Assembly (NCBI GenBank): GCA_049596615.1 | Contig: JBMYLT010000009.1 | Span: 67,768-131,767, forward strand | Length of the DNA: 64,000 nucleotides | Reading direction: 5' to 3' | Origin: Akkermansiaceae bacterium | GTDB lineage: Bacteria > Verrucomicrobiota > Verrucomicrobiia > Verrucomicrobiales > Akkermansiaceae | Shown: positions 54,407 to 63,703 of the stretch, one piece after another | Numbering within the stretch: the first letter of the stretch is position 1 | Layout: each line of letters opens with the position of its first letter | The notes under the pieces: generated by a model | Seen by the model: only the letters and a program-made list of their open reading frames with translations | What the model was told of the DNA's origin: nothing | Databases searched by the model: none | Program-made: the position numbers and the translations under genes

Positions 54407-55444
54407 TTAGAGGGTGCTGTAGAAATCAGGAGCTCCAACAGCAACTGGCTGATTCACATCACCACGGTTTTGAATAACGAACGATGAAGCTCCATCGAGG
54501 CTGATTTCAGCTGAGACAACGTCTTGGTCAGCACCGTTAACCACTTCCTTCCATCCAGCAGCCGAGACGAAGGTGCCAGTGTTGTAGTAGAAAGTCCGGA
54601 ATCCCGCTCCATCAGGAACAAGGATCAAATCAGCGGCACCTGCACCAGCAGAGCCGTCAAGGGTCCCTGGGCGGATCGTTCCAGGATTAGCTGGATCGTC
54701 GAAAAGGCTCGAGATCGTGCTACCCACCGGATAGAGAGTGCTCAGGTAGTTGAACTGAGACGCCAGAACCACAGTGGTCGGCGTTGTTTTGACAGACCCT
54801 GAAATTACGAGAGAGTTGTCACCTCCACGGTTTTGGATCACAAGACCGTCAGTGTAAAAGAGATTCACTTCGGCGGCGTCAACGTCCACATCAACACCAT
54901 CAACCACTTCCTTCCAGCCAGCGGCGGTCACGAAGGTTCCGGTGTTGTAGTAGTAAGTCTTGAATCCATCGCCTTCGGGAACGAGGATAAGATCGGCAGC
55001 ACCAGAACCAGCCGAACCGTCAAGCTCGGTAGCAGGATCCCCGAAAACACTGGCAAGTGTCTGGGGCTGGCGGATGGTGACTGAATCACCTTCAGCGAGA
55101 TTGTCTAAGAGGCTAAGATCAACAGTGATTGTTCCACCTGCGACGGTCCCACCGGCAACTTCGCCGAGGGCATCACCGTCGTTCACTTCTACGATCACCA
55201 CGCCGTCGTCGAGGGTAGCTCCCTCAAGGGTGAGGAGGCCATTTGCTCCATCGTCGGTAGCGGTTGCAACAGTCGAAGTTGCGAGAGGTGTTCCGACAAG
55301 ACGAAGACCAACGTAATTGAACTGTTGGTTGATTTCGACCGTCTCGTAACCCACGGGCTTGGAAACAGATTCCTGAGCGCTGGCACTCCCGACCACCAGA
55401 GCGGTAAGGCTAGCGACAGCTGCTTTAGTAAGAGTAGTTTTCAT
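54407..55444 (-). CDS. Secreted protein with an internal tandem duplication (no family recognised)
   Basis: Start set at ATG 55444 (MKTTLTKAAVASLTALVVGSASAQ). There are two copies of 'LDGSAG.GAADLILVP.G.GF.T(Y/F)YYNTGTFV.AAGWKEVV.G.D.DV...E......FVIQNRG'. Confidence 0.75.
   Translation of the reverse strand: MKTTLTKAAVASLTALVVGSASAQESVSKPVGYETVEINQQFNYVGLRLVGTPLATSTVATATDDGANGLLTLEGATLDDGVVIVEVNDGDALGEVAGGTVAGGTITVDLSLLDNLAEGDSVTIRQPQTLASVFGDPATELDGSAGSGAADLILVPEGDGFKTYYYNTGTFVTAAGWKEVVDGVDVDVDAAEVNLFYTDGLVIQNRGGDNSLVISGSVKTTPTTVVLASQFNYLSTLYPVGSTISSLFDDPANPGTIRPGTLDGSAGAGAADLILVPDGAGFRTFYYNTGTFVSAAGWKEVVNGADQDVVSAEISLDGASSFVIQNRGDVNQPVAVGAPDFYSTL
54452..55024 (-). repeat. Intragenic tandem duplication (cores 54452-54661 and 54815-55024, 363-nt offset)
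   Basis: The two cores are aa 141-210 and 262-331 of the protein. The DNA is also visibly similar, e.g. 'aaccacttccttcca(t/g)ccagc(a/g)gc...gttgtagtag(a/t)aagtc'. Confidence 0.8.
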
Positions 55445-55638
55445 TTTTGTTTTCGTTTTGTTTTGTGTTGAAGGCCCGCACGCAGGTGCGGGATTCCGCA
55501 GGCAATCCACCGGCAATCTAGCCACCCAGCATACTGGCGTCAATGCCTTTCTGAAATGTTTTTGGGTTTTTTCGATTTGCTTCATTTCTCCGAAGAATGT
55601 GGGCTGGAACCCCCTTTCTAGCGTGGTTTTTTTCAATC

Positions 55639-56553
55639 CTACCAATCGGAATGCCCCCGAAATTCCGCTAAGCGTCCCAACAAATCATCTTTTTTTGCCT
55701 CCTCGAGCGACTTGGTGGAGAAGTTTTGACAGGTAAATGAGGCCAAAATCGAACCCGTCACCACCGCTTCCTTGAGTTGCCCAAATTCAGGCCGGACGGC
55801 ACCGACCGAAGCGAGGAATCCGGTTAAGCCCCCCAAAAAGGTGTCCCCCGCGCCGGTGGGATCGGCGATTTCACGGAGAGGCCAGGCTCCGCATCGGAAA
55901 AACTCCCCTTCAGCACCAAACAGAAAGGCCCCGAACTCGCCCAGCTTGATCACGACGTAGCGCGGTCCCTTACCCAGCAAGATTTCTCCGCAAAGTACGA
56001 GATTATTCGTACCGGCAAACTCCCGGGCTTCTCCTTCATTGATGACAAGCAGATCAATCTTCTGCAGGACCTGATGAAGCTCGTCGTTCGCCACGTTGAT
56101 CCAAAGGTCCATGGTGTCTGCGACCACAAACCGCTCTTCGGCAGTACATTGTGACAGCATCTGCAGCTGGTTCACCGGTGCCATGTTGGCCAAAACCACA
56201 AAAGGGGAATCCACCAAGGCCTCCGGCACGGCAACCTCCCAGTGCTCCAGCACATTAATGGCCACGTTGTGGGTAGTGCGGTCGTTCATGTTTTCATGAT
56301 ATTCTCCGGTCCAAGTGAACGAGGGCTGATGGGAGCGCTCGAGGCCAGACAAGGCGACCCCTTCCCTTTCCAGCATCTCAAGATGGGACTGGGGGAAGTC
56401 GTTACCGATGATCCCGACAAGGTGAACCGAGGAGGCGAGCTTGGCTGCAGCCAGTGAAGCATAGCTGGCCGATCCACCAAGGAGACCATTGGCCTCAGCT
56501 TGAGGTGTTTTGACATTATCAATGGCGACCGAGCCGCCGACGAGGATATTCAT
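55639..56553 (-). CDS. PfkB/ribokinase-family carbohydrate or nucleoside kinase
   Basis: 'GGSASYASLAAAKL' and the C-terminal 'DPTGAGDTFLGGL' signature. The start overlaps the thiE stop (ATGA). Confidence 0.85.
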   Translation of the reverse strand: MNILVGGSVAIDNVKTPQAEANGLLGGSASYASLAAAKLASSVHLVGIIGNDFPQSHLEMLEREGVALSGLERSHQPSFTWTGEYHENMNDRTTHNVAINVLEHWEVAVPEALVDSPFVVLANMAPVNQLQMLSQCTAEERFVVADTMDLWINVANDELHQVLQKIDLLVINEGEAREFAGTNNLVLCGEILLGKGPRYVVIKLGEFGAFLFGAEGEFFRCGAWPLREIADPTGAGDTFLGGLTGFLASVGAVRPEFGQLKEAVVTGSILASFTCQNFSTKSLEEAKKDDLLGRLAEFRGHSDW

Positions 56554-57224
56554 GGTGTTGTTATTTGTTTAAGAAGTTTCGAAGTCGTAACGCAAGGATC
56601 TCCGGCGGTCAGCAAATGGGAGACAACGACAAAACGGCGTGCCCCGGCCCCATGCACTGCGGCAAGGTTCTCAGGCTTGATTCCGCCGATACAAAAAGCC
56701 GGAATCTTCGAACCTACCTCCTTTTCCATGGCCCTGATGTCGTCGAGACCAATGGCAGGTCTTCCTTCCTTGGTGGGAGTGGGGTAAAGTGGGCCAAAGC
56801 CAATGTAATCGGCTCCTTCCTCCAGCGCAGCACGGGCCTGGGGCAGGGAATGGGTCGACCGCCCCAAAATGAGATTTGCTCCTAAGAACTCCCTTGCCCT
56901 GGCCAGCGACCCGTCGTCCTGACCAAGGTGAAGCCCGTCGGCACCAGCCTCCACGGCGAGGTCGAGATGATCGTTAACGATAAAGGGCACTAAAAACCCG
57001 GCACACAGGTCCTTCAGCTCGCGGGACAGAGAGACGAGCCCCCAAGGATCATGTCCTTTTGCGCGGAGCTGCAACACCTCGGCCCCTCCTTCAAGAAGCA
57101 GGCGTGCAACCGTTGGGGCCTGATCGGGAGAGACATATCCCAGATCACAAATGGCGTAGAGCCGGGCCTTTTGGAGCTGTTCCCTCACCCAAGTTCCTTC
57201 TCCTCCAAAAACTTGGCGACCCAA
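56550..57224 (-). CDS. thiE: Thiamine-phosphate synthase
   Basis: 'LYAICD', 'VLQLRAK', '[24 protein letters not shown]', 'GRSTH', '[15 protein letters not shown]' and 'FCIGGI'. The start is uncertain. ATG 57224 overlaps accC by 40 nt, while GTG 57188 would give a GTGA-type overlap. Confidence 0.8.
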   Translation of the reverse strand: MGRQVFGGEGTWVREQLQKARLYAICDLGYVSPDQAPTVARLLLEGGAEVLQLRAKGHDPWGLVSLSRELKDLCAGFLVPFIVNDHLDLAVEAGADGLHLGQDDGSLARAREFLGANLILGRSTHSLPQARAALEEGADYIGFGPLYPTPTKEGRPAIGLDDIRAMEKEVGSKIPAFCIGGIKPENLAAVHGAGARRFVVVSHLLTAGDPCVTTSKLLKQITTP

Positions 57225-58543
57225 CCGATGTCATAGTTACCTGAAATAAAGTCAGGGTGATCAATGATTTCCTGTTGAAAAGGGATCGTAGTCTTGATTC
57301 CACGAATGGTGAATTCGGAGAGAGCCCGCTTCATTCTAGCAATGGCCACTTCCCGGCTCGAGGCCGTCACAATGAGCTTGGCAATCATTGAGTCATAGTA
57401 AGGTGGTACGGAATAGCCCGAGTAAACGTGGGTATCGACACGAACCCCTTTCCCTCCGGCGGCATACCAAAGATCAATGGTTCCCGGGCTGGGGGCAAAA
57501 TTGTTGTAGGGATCCTCGGCGTTAATGCGGCATTCGATGGAATGACCCCGCGGCTCCACTCCGAGCACGTGTTCAGAAACCTCTTCACCAGCTGCGATGC
57601 GGATCTGCTCTTTGATGAGTTCGCAGCCCATCACTTCTTCCGTCACCGGGTGCTCTACCTGGATCCGGGTGTTCATTTCCATGAAGTAGAAATCCGTGGC
57701 ATCAGCATTGACGAGGTATTCGATGGTTCCGGCGTTTCGGTAGCCGATGGCTTCGATGAGACGGACAGAGGCCTCCCCCATCTTTTTACGCAACTTTTCG
57801 GAAATCAGAGGACTGGGGCATTCCTCGATGATTTTTTGGTTCCGGCGCTGCATCGAGCAGTCCCTCTCTCCGAGATGCAGGTAATTGCCATGAGCGTCGG
57901 CCAGCACCTGAAACTCAATATGATGAGGGTCAAGGACGAGTTTTTCGATGTAGCACTCCCCGTTGTTAAAGCAGGCCTCGGCTTCCTTGGAAGCAGCTTG
58001 GAACTGGGATTTGAACTCTTCCTCGTTCATTGCGGGGCGCATGCCCCGTCCGCCTCCCCCGGCGGTTGCCTTGATCATGACCGGAAATCCGATCTCTTTA
58101 GCGATTTCGAACCCTTCTTCGACGTCGGCGACGATCCCGTCGGAACCCGGGGTCACTGGAACCCCGTTGGCGGTGGCGGTAGCCCGGGCGGTATTCTTAT
58201 CACCCATTGTCCGGATCACTTCGGCCGAGGGGCCAATAAACTTGATGTTACAGCTTTCGCAAATCTCAGCGAAGCGGGCATTTTCCGAAAGGAAACCATA
58301 ACCGGGATGGATTGCATCAGCCCCGGTAATTTCAGCGGCCGCAATAATGCGGTCAGGCTTCAGATAACTTTCCTTGCTAGGTCCAGGCCCGATACAAACT
58401 GAATCGTCAGCGAGCTGCACATGCATCGAGTCGACATCGGCCTCCGAATAGACGGCCACTGATTCGACTCCGAGCTCCCGGCATGCCCGGATGATCCGCA
58501 GGGCAATTTCGCCACGGTTGGCGACGAGGACGCGCGAAAACAT
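57185..58543 (-). CDS. accC: Acetyl-CoA carboxylase, biotin carboxylase subunit
   Basis: '[25 protein letters not shown]', '[11 protein letters not shown]', 'GGGGRGMR', '[14 protein letters not shown]'. Confidence 0.95.
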   Translation of the reverse strand: MFSRVLVANRGEIALRIIRACRELGVESVAVYSEADVDSMHVQLADDSVCIGPGPSKESYLKPDRIIAAAEITGADAIHPGYGFLSENARFAEICESCNIKFIGPSAEVIRTMGDKNTARATATANGVPVTPGSDGIVADVEEGFEIAKEIGFPVMIKATAGGGGRGMRPAMNEEEFKSQFQAASKEAEACFNNGECYIEKLVLDPHHIEFQVLADAHGNYLHLGERDCSMQRRNQKIIEECPSPLISEKLRKKMGEASVRLIEAIGYRNAGTIEYLVNADATDFYFMEMNTRIQVEHPVTEEVMGCELIKEQIRIAAGEEVSEHVLGVEPRGHSIECRINAEDPYNNFAPSPGTIDLWYAAGGKGVRVDTHVYSGYSVPPYYDSMIAKLIVTASSREVAIARMKRALSEFTIRGIKTTIPFQQEIIDHPDFISGNYDIGWVAKFLEEKELG

Positions 58544-58558
58544 AATGGTTTCAGGCTA

Positions 58559-59035
58559 TTACTTTACCCGAAAAAGGGTATCCCCAAACTGAACCGGAGT
58601 TCCGTCATCCACACAAATCTGGGTGATGACCCCGGACTTTTCAGCCTTAATCTCATTCATGACTTTCATGGCCTCGATGATGCAAAGGGTCTGACCTTCA
58701 CTGATCGTGTCACCGACATTCACGAAATCGGAATCGTCCGGAGATGGTTTACGGTAAAAGGTTCCCACCATTGGAGAAGCAATCTCCTCCCCTCCTGCTG
58801 CCGGGGCGGAAATCTCAGAGGGGGCCGCGGGAGCCGCCGCTGGCGCGGGCACTGCCGCAGGTGCAGGAGCGGCCGGGGCACCCCCTGAAGGAATTGAACC
58901 GAGGACTTTTTGAAGGTCGTCAAAATCACCCCCCTTCTTGAGTTTCAGTTTAAATTCTTCCTTTTCGAATTGGAATTGTGACAAGCCATGCTCATCCATC
59001 AATTTCATGATTTTGCGAATTTCAGCGAGGTCCAC
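58559..59035 (-). CDS. accB: Acetyl-CoA carboxylase, biotin carboxyl carrier protein
   Basis: Start set at GTG 59035 (VDLAEIRKIMKLMDEHGL, the usual BCCP N-terminus). It has an Ala/Pro linker and the biotinylation motif 'CIIEAMKVMNEI'. Confidence 0.85.
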   Translation of the reverse strand: MDLAEIRKIMKLMDEHGLSQFQFEKEEFKLKLKKGGDFDDLQKVLGSIPSGGAPAAPAPAAVPAPAAAPAAPSEISAPAAGGEEIASPMVGTFYRKPSPDDSDFVNVGDTISEGQTLCIIEAMKVMNEIKAEKSGVITQICVDDGTPVQFGDTLFRVK

Positions 59036-59234
59036 GGAGATCTTTTCGGGTTTTGATGAGCGGGCGCTCAGAAGCAGTATGACAAAATCGCCGGGATGGG
59101 CAACACCGAAGGTCCCGCCTTTCTGACCCACCCCCGACATTCAGTCTTTGCAACTACTCTCTTTTTAGACAATTTTACGCTCTCCGGTCAGGAACGGTTG
59201 AAATTCACACACCCTAGCGAACCCTAAACCACCG

Positions 59235-61019
59235 TTGCATCTCGTGCTTGAACTGAAAGACGTTTGTTTTACCATTCAAAAGGATGGAGAACCTCTCAAT
59301 CTCGTCGACCGGACCAGCCTAAAAATCCCTCGCGGGCACTTTACCGCAATTGTGGGGCCTTCGGGATGCGGGAAAACTACTCTCCTTAAGACGATCGCGG
59401 GTCTCAACCCGGAATCCGACGGCTCCCTCTGGTGGAACGGGAGAAATCTCTCCGAGGACGGGGACTTTGAACCCCACGAAATAGGCTATGTTCCCCAATT
59501 CTCAATCGCCTACGAGCAATTGACCGTCGATGAATCCATCGAGGCCGCAACCAGACTGCGGGTGAAGACCCGGGGAGCCAAAGATCTCGATGAACGGATC
59601 GACAAAGTTCTTGAGGAGACGGGCCTGGCAGCCATCGCCGATCGCCCGGTGAGTGTTCTCTCTGGTGGACAAAAACGGCGGCTGGGCCTCGCCATGGAGC
59701 TGGTTTCCCAGCCAAAGCTTCTTCTCTGTGATGAGGTGACCAGTGGTTTGGATCCCCGCTCGGAGCGGGAAATCGTGAACCTCCTGCACGACATCTCACG
59801 CAAAGAGGGACGGATCATTCTTTCAGTAACTCACTCGCTGGCCCACCTTGAGCTCTACGACTCGATTCTCGTGCTCCACGAGGGACGGGTGGCTTATCAC
59901 GGAACTCCAGAGCAACTAACTCACTACTTTTCAGTCGATCACATCGAGCTGGTCTACCCCCAACTCGCAAAACAAGCCTCGGAAAAGTGGCGGACCTCTT
60001 GGCTGAAACACTCGCGGGACTACTACGAAAAACTGGAGCGCAATCGGGAAAATCTCGTCAATCAAGGACTCCTCGAGCTCCCTCACGAAGAATTTGAGTC
60101 AATCGACGACGAAAGGGATGAGGACGGTGACGAAAAGCCAACGCCCAAACCCACCGAGGTCCGCGCTCCCGGCCTCATTAGCCAGTTCAACACCCTCCTT
60201 GGTCGACGGATGCGCATCTTTTTCCGCGACAAGGGACAGGTCTTCCTACAGCTGGCGATCCTTATCTGTTTCCCCATTCTCGTGATTCTTTTCGCCCCCC
60301 GGGCAAACGAAAACATGTCGAAGTTTACCGACGGCGACGGTGCTTCGATGATGCAGAAGTTGGAAGAGCAAGCCAACGTCAAGGCCGACCAACTCAAAGT
60401 GGGCTCAGCAGTCTCGGGAATCATCATGTTCCAGGTGGTGCTTCTCTCCCTAATGGGATCCAACAACGCGGCTCGTGAGATCGCAGGAGAGCGGCAAATA
60501 CTCGAAAAAGAAAAATTTGGAGGGGTCAGCCCGATCGCCTACCTCCTGAGCAAAGTCTTCTTTCTAACCGGTCTGGTTCTGATCCAGTCGCTTTGGATGG
60601 CGGGCTTCGTCGAATTGTTCTGGCAATTCAAGGGTCAGTTTACGCAACACGCCACTTTTTTGGTTCTAGTAAATGCGGCGATGACGGCAGTCTGCCTTGG
60701 GATCTCAAGTCTGATGAGAACGGCAGAGAAAGCCTCTCTCCTCTCCGTTTATCTCGTGGGCTTCCAGCTCCCTTTGTCTGGTGCCGTCCTCGCTCTCCCT
60801 GAATACATCGAGCCAATCACCCGTCCCTTCATTTCGGCTTATTGGGCGTGGTCTGGTAGCGTGGACTCACTCTCCGGGAACTACCGTTCAGCCCTGACTG
60901 CGATCAGTGAAACTCAAATCTCCACGATCAACATCTGCTTTTTCGTTCTCCTAATTCATATTATGATTGGCCTTGTCGCCGCTTGGGTTGGCGCCAGCCG
61001 ACCCCAGTGGGAACACTAA
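59235..61019 (+). CDS. Fused ABC transporter: ATPase plus ABC-2-type permease (ABCG-like half transporter)
   Basis: Walker A 'GPSGCGKTTLLK', signature 'LSGGQKRRLGLA', Walker B 'LLLCDEVTSGLD', then 6 TM segments. The start is uncertain (TTG 59235 or GTG 59244). Confidence 0.85.
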   Translation: MHLVLELKDVCFTIQKDGEPLNLVDRTSLKIPRGHFTAIVGPSGCGKTTLLKTIAGLNPESDGSLWWNGRNLSEDGDFEPHEIGYVPQFSIAYEQLTVDESIEAATRLRVKTRGAKDLDERIDKVLEETGLAAIADRPVSVLSGGQKRRLGLAMELVSQPKLLLCDEVTSGLDPRSEREIVNLLHDISRKEGRIILSVTHSLAHLELYDSILVLHEGRVAYHGTPEQLTHYFSVDHIELVYPQLAKQASEKWRTSWLKHSRDYYEKLERNRENLVNQGLLELPHEEFESIDDERDEDGDEKPTPKPTEVRAPGLISQFNTLLGRRMRIFFRDKGQVFLQLAILICFPILVILFAPRANENMSKFTDGDGASMMQKLEEQANVKADQLKVGSAVSGIIMFQVVLLSLMGSNNAAREIAGERQILEKEKFGGVSPIAYLLSKVFFLTGLVLIQSLWMAGFVELFWQFKGQFTQHATFLVLVNAAMTAVCLGISSLMRTAEKASLLSVYLVGFQLPLSGAVLALPEYIEPITRPFISAYWAWSGSVDSLSGNYRSALTAISETQISTINICFFVLLIHIMIGLVAAWVGASRPQWEH

Positions 61020-61048
61020 TCTCAACCGCAACAACCTTTCCCTGTATC

Positions 61049-61441
61049 ATGGCTCGTCGCGCTAGCTCAGGCGTCAATCTCAAGGCCGTCCTCATCGGCA
61101 TCGTTATCGTAGTCCTCCTCATCGTGGGAAGTTACTTAGTTCTCAACCGCAAGGACAGCTTCGACGCCCCGGAACTTAACTTTGTGGAATTCGAACGCAA
61201 CAGCCGCAGTCTCGCTGGTAACCGCTACCAAATTACCGGCACCCTCATCGAGCGCCATATTGAACCCGAGGGTCAGATGGTGGTCGTGGAACTGGGCGAC
61301 AAGTCCAACCCCAAACCCCTTCCCATCATCGTCCCACCCAATTTCAAGGGCGGCAACCTCAACCTTCAGGCCCAATACTCGTTTCTCATCGAGTTCGACA
61401 CCAAGGGCGTTCCAGTTGCAATCGATGTAAAACAACTCTAG
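61049..61441 (+). CDS. Small N-terminally membrane-anchored protein, no family recognised
   Basis: Start set at ATG 61049 (MARRASSGVNLKAVLIGIVIVVLLIVGSYLVL). It begins 30 nt after the ABC gene and ends 28 nt before the next gene. Confidence 0.55.
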   Translation: MARRASSGVNLKAVLIGIVIVVLLIVGSYLVLNRKDSFDAPELNFVEFERNSRSLAGNRYQITGTLIERHIEPEGQMVVVELGDKSNPKPLPIIVPPNFKGGNLNLQAQYSFLIEFDTKGVPVAIDVKQL

Positions 61442-61469
61442 ATTTCCCCAGTCCTGTCAAACCCTTGCC

Positions 61470-63353
61470 ATGAAAAAGATTCTTCCTTCCGTCTTTTTGA
61501 TTCTACCTCTCGCGGGGCAGGTCTACACCCCCCCGGCTCCAAGCAACAACCAACCAGGCACCCCAACGGACACCGTGGTACGCTCCAAGCCCAGCCAACC
61601 GGCCGCCGGAAACAACGCCAATGGTGGGATTCTCGGCAACGAAGTTGGCTATTTCGATCCAACCAACGACACCGTCACCTGGAACGGCAAGACCTGGGCC
61701 GCCAGCAACAACCGGCTCGTGAAAGCTCGATTCGAAAAGTATCTCAACGAGCCCGAAAACATGACCGTCGCCGCCGAACTCTATCGGGATACCATTGATG
61801 AGATTCTCGAAACCCTCTCTCCTCACCGCAAGCAGGGTCCGAACTTCCTCGATGCCGTGGCGATGCTTCCTAAAGCAGCAGAATACCCGGGTGATGCCAA
61901 GCTGTGCGACTCGCTGAGTAACGCCATCTACACCGCGATCCTTTCCCGAAAGGCCGACTCTCGCTCCAAAGCCCTCATGAAGCGGCTCGAGGAGGAAAAG
62001 CAAAAGAACATTCTCGATGCAGACTGGAAAGCCAGGACCGAAACCGATAACCGGAACGGGCAGACACGCGCGACCGGCCAAGGAGGGGACAATAGTCAGG
62101 CCGCCGCAGAACCAGCACGCGAACAAGGACGCGGTGCCCAGTCCCTTCGATACGCTGAGCACCTCCGCCGCATTGCTGAAATCGAGGCCACCAAAAAAGC
62201 GTCGGAGATCGAGCAAAAGGTCAAAAACGAACTCGCCAAGGTACAGTATCAGGCCCTAATGGTTCAATTCTTTGCCCAGCGCCGCTTCAAGCACGTCATC
62301 ATGGCCTCCCGTTTCTACAACCAAATTTGGAAAGAAGGAGATGGCACCCTCTACATCGACAAGGACTCGGACATCAACAAGGTCTTCAGCGAAAGCCTCG
62401 GCGTCAGTCCCACTGTCTCCACCCTCGATTCATTGGCCAATGAAGCTATTCGTGACGTAAACAAAGGCGTGGAGGTCTTTGAATTTCTCGTGGAGCGAGG
62501 AGAACTTCAATCGGCATCCGAACGCCTCGCCGAAGCCTATCTCGTCGGTGAATTCATGCCTTCGATCAACACCTTGGCACGGACCAAAAAACGCAAGGTT
62601 CTCGAATTCGTTCGTGAATCCAATGTCCTCCTCAACGCGATCGACTCCAAGGACTACCAAAAGGCCAAAGAACAGATCGAAACTCTCACCTCCAAGGCCG
62701 ATGACTTCGATGCCACTAAAGCCCGCGCTGCGGTTGCCACCTTCACCCGGGCCAGCGACATGCATATCATGGCTGCCAAAAATGCCTTGATCGGCAGGGA
62801 CAACGAGAAAGCCCAAGAAGAAATTCGCAAGGCCATGGAAATCTGGCCCCAGAACCCGAAGCTCGCCGAGTTCGACCGCCTCGTGAATGCCGGTGGAACA
62901 ATGATCAAACTTCGCAACGATTTCGATCGCCTCTTCGCCGAGCAGAATTACCGCGAAGTCTTCAGACGTCGTTTTGAATTCGGCCCTGCCATTGATGGCG
63001 ACACCGATCGGACCGCCAAATTCCGTCAGATAATGGAGAATATCGCCGCCATCGAAACCGCGGTGAAGGGAGCGGAAAAGATGGCCAACATCGGTCAACA
63101 CTACGCTGCCTGGGAAGAGCTTTCAGTGGTTCACGAACGCTTTCCCGACGACCCCAACCTCAACCAGTTTATGACGAATCTCGCTCCCACGGTTGCTGAC
63201 TTCACCATCGCTCTTGAGAAAGGGAAGCAACACGAAGATCGCGGAAACGTGGGATCGGCGCTTTCATGGTATTACAAGGCAAAGCACCTGCATCCGATGA
63301 GCGCCAAGGCCGAATCGGGCATTAAGCGATTGGTCCAAACCGCCCTGCAGTAG
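61470..63353 (+). CDS. Secreted, largely alpha-helical protein with a TPR-like C-terminus, no family recognised
   Basis: Signal peptide 'MKKILPSVFLILPLAGQ', a Pro/Gln/Asn-rich linker and long helical/coiled segments. The C-terminal 'GNVGSALSWYYKAKHLHP' is TPR-like. Confidence 0.65.
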   Translation: MKKILPSVFLILPLAGQVYTPPAPSNNQPGTPTDTVVRSKPSQPAAGNNANGGILGNEVGYFDPTNDTVTWNGKTWAASNNRLVKARFEKYLNEPENMTVAAELYRDTIDEILETLSPHRKQGPNFLDAVAMLPKAAEYPGDAKLCDSLSNAIYTAILSRKADSRSKALMKRLEEEKQKNILDADWKARTETDNRNGQTRATGQGGDNSQAAAEPAREQGRGAQSLRYAEHLRRIAEIEATKKASEIEQKVKNELAKVQYQALMVQFFAQRRFKHVIMASRFYNQIWKEGDGTLYIDKDSDINKVFSESLGVSPTVSTLDSLANEAIRDVNKGVEVFEFLVERGELQSASERLAEAYLVGEFMPSINTLARTKKRKVLEFVRESNVLLNAIDSKDYQKAKEQIETLTSKADDFDATKARAAVATFTRASDMHIMAAKNALIGRDNEKAQEEIRKAMEIWPQNPKLAEFDRLVNAGGTMIKLRNDFDRLFAEQNYREVFRRRFEFGPAIDGDTDRTAKFRQIMENIAAIETAVKGAEKMANIGQHYAAWEELSVVHERFPDDPNLNQFMTNLAPTVADFTIALEKGKQHEDRGNVGSALSWYYKAKHLHPMSAKAESGIKRLVQTALQ

Positions 63354-63381
63354 GTCCCAACTAGACCCACTACCTTTCAAA

Positions 63382-63412
63382 AGTGCCCTCCGGTAACGGT
63401 GGGTACTTTTTA
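63382..63412. terminator. Probable bidirectional terminator between convergent genes
   Basis: AGTGCCCTCCG-gtaa-CGGTGGGTACT (one mismatch, one G-U pair). It is flanked by a T run on the plus strand and an A run upstream, which is a T run for the minus strand. Confidence 0.55.
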
Positions 63413-63703
63413 TTCCCCCAGACGACGCAGCAGATCAAAGGAATACAACCCAGTGCTGTGCCCATCGCCCCAGAACAGCTGGATCGCGTAGCCACCAACC
63501 ACCTGGTGACGCACCAATTGATAGCTCTTTTCACTATGGACCACCTTGGGGACAATCACTTTACCGGTGACATCCGGCTCGCCGGAACACGCGGCACACG
63601 GACAGGCCTTCCTAAGCATATCAAACCCAAGGTAGCTCTCCTGACCATCCGACCAGGCAAGTGCCATTTCATTTGCCATGATTGCGATATTTTCCAGCCT
63701 CAT
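63410..63703 (-). CDS. DUF971 (gamma-butyrobetaine hydroxylase N-terminal-like) small protein
   Basis: '[27 protein letters not shown]' and '[24 protein letters not shown]'. The start overlaps the yggS stop (ATGA). Confidence 0.75.
   Translation of the reverse strand: MRLENIAIMANEMALAWSDGQESYLGFDMLRKACPCAACSGEPDVTGKVIVPKVVHSEKSYQLVRHQVVGGYAIQLFWGDGHSTGLYSFDLLRRLGE

Noticed and set aside
55478-55495. The hairpin CCCGCAC-gcag-GTGCGGG as a terminator for the pfkB gene.
   Set aside because: No T tract follows it on the minus strand. It may be part of the 5' leader of the secreted-repeat gene instead. It is mentioned under that finding but not called as a feature.
56550-57300. A TPP riboswitch upstream of thiE.
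   Set aside because: thiE starts inside or directly at the end of accC, so there is no non-coding leader. I saw no 'CUGAGA...ACCUGAUCUGGAUAAUGCCAGCG'-like element anywhere near it.
57428-58402. A 324-aa plus-strand ORF antisense to accC. Similar long antisense ORFs occur at 22806-23600 and 23673-24524 (IlvD-like), 37595-38377 (SOUL), 40184-40777 and 40934-41827 (ATP-grasp gene), 12276-12908 (SGNH), 14142-14804 (xylonate dehydratase), 61503-62216 and 62430-63101 (helical orphan), and 29749-30375 (M28).
   Set aside because: These are typical shadow ORFs of moderately GC-rich coding DNA. In every case the opposite strand carries a gene with strong family motifs. The shadow translations are Arg/Gly/Pro-biased and show no recognisable domains.
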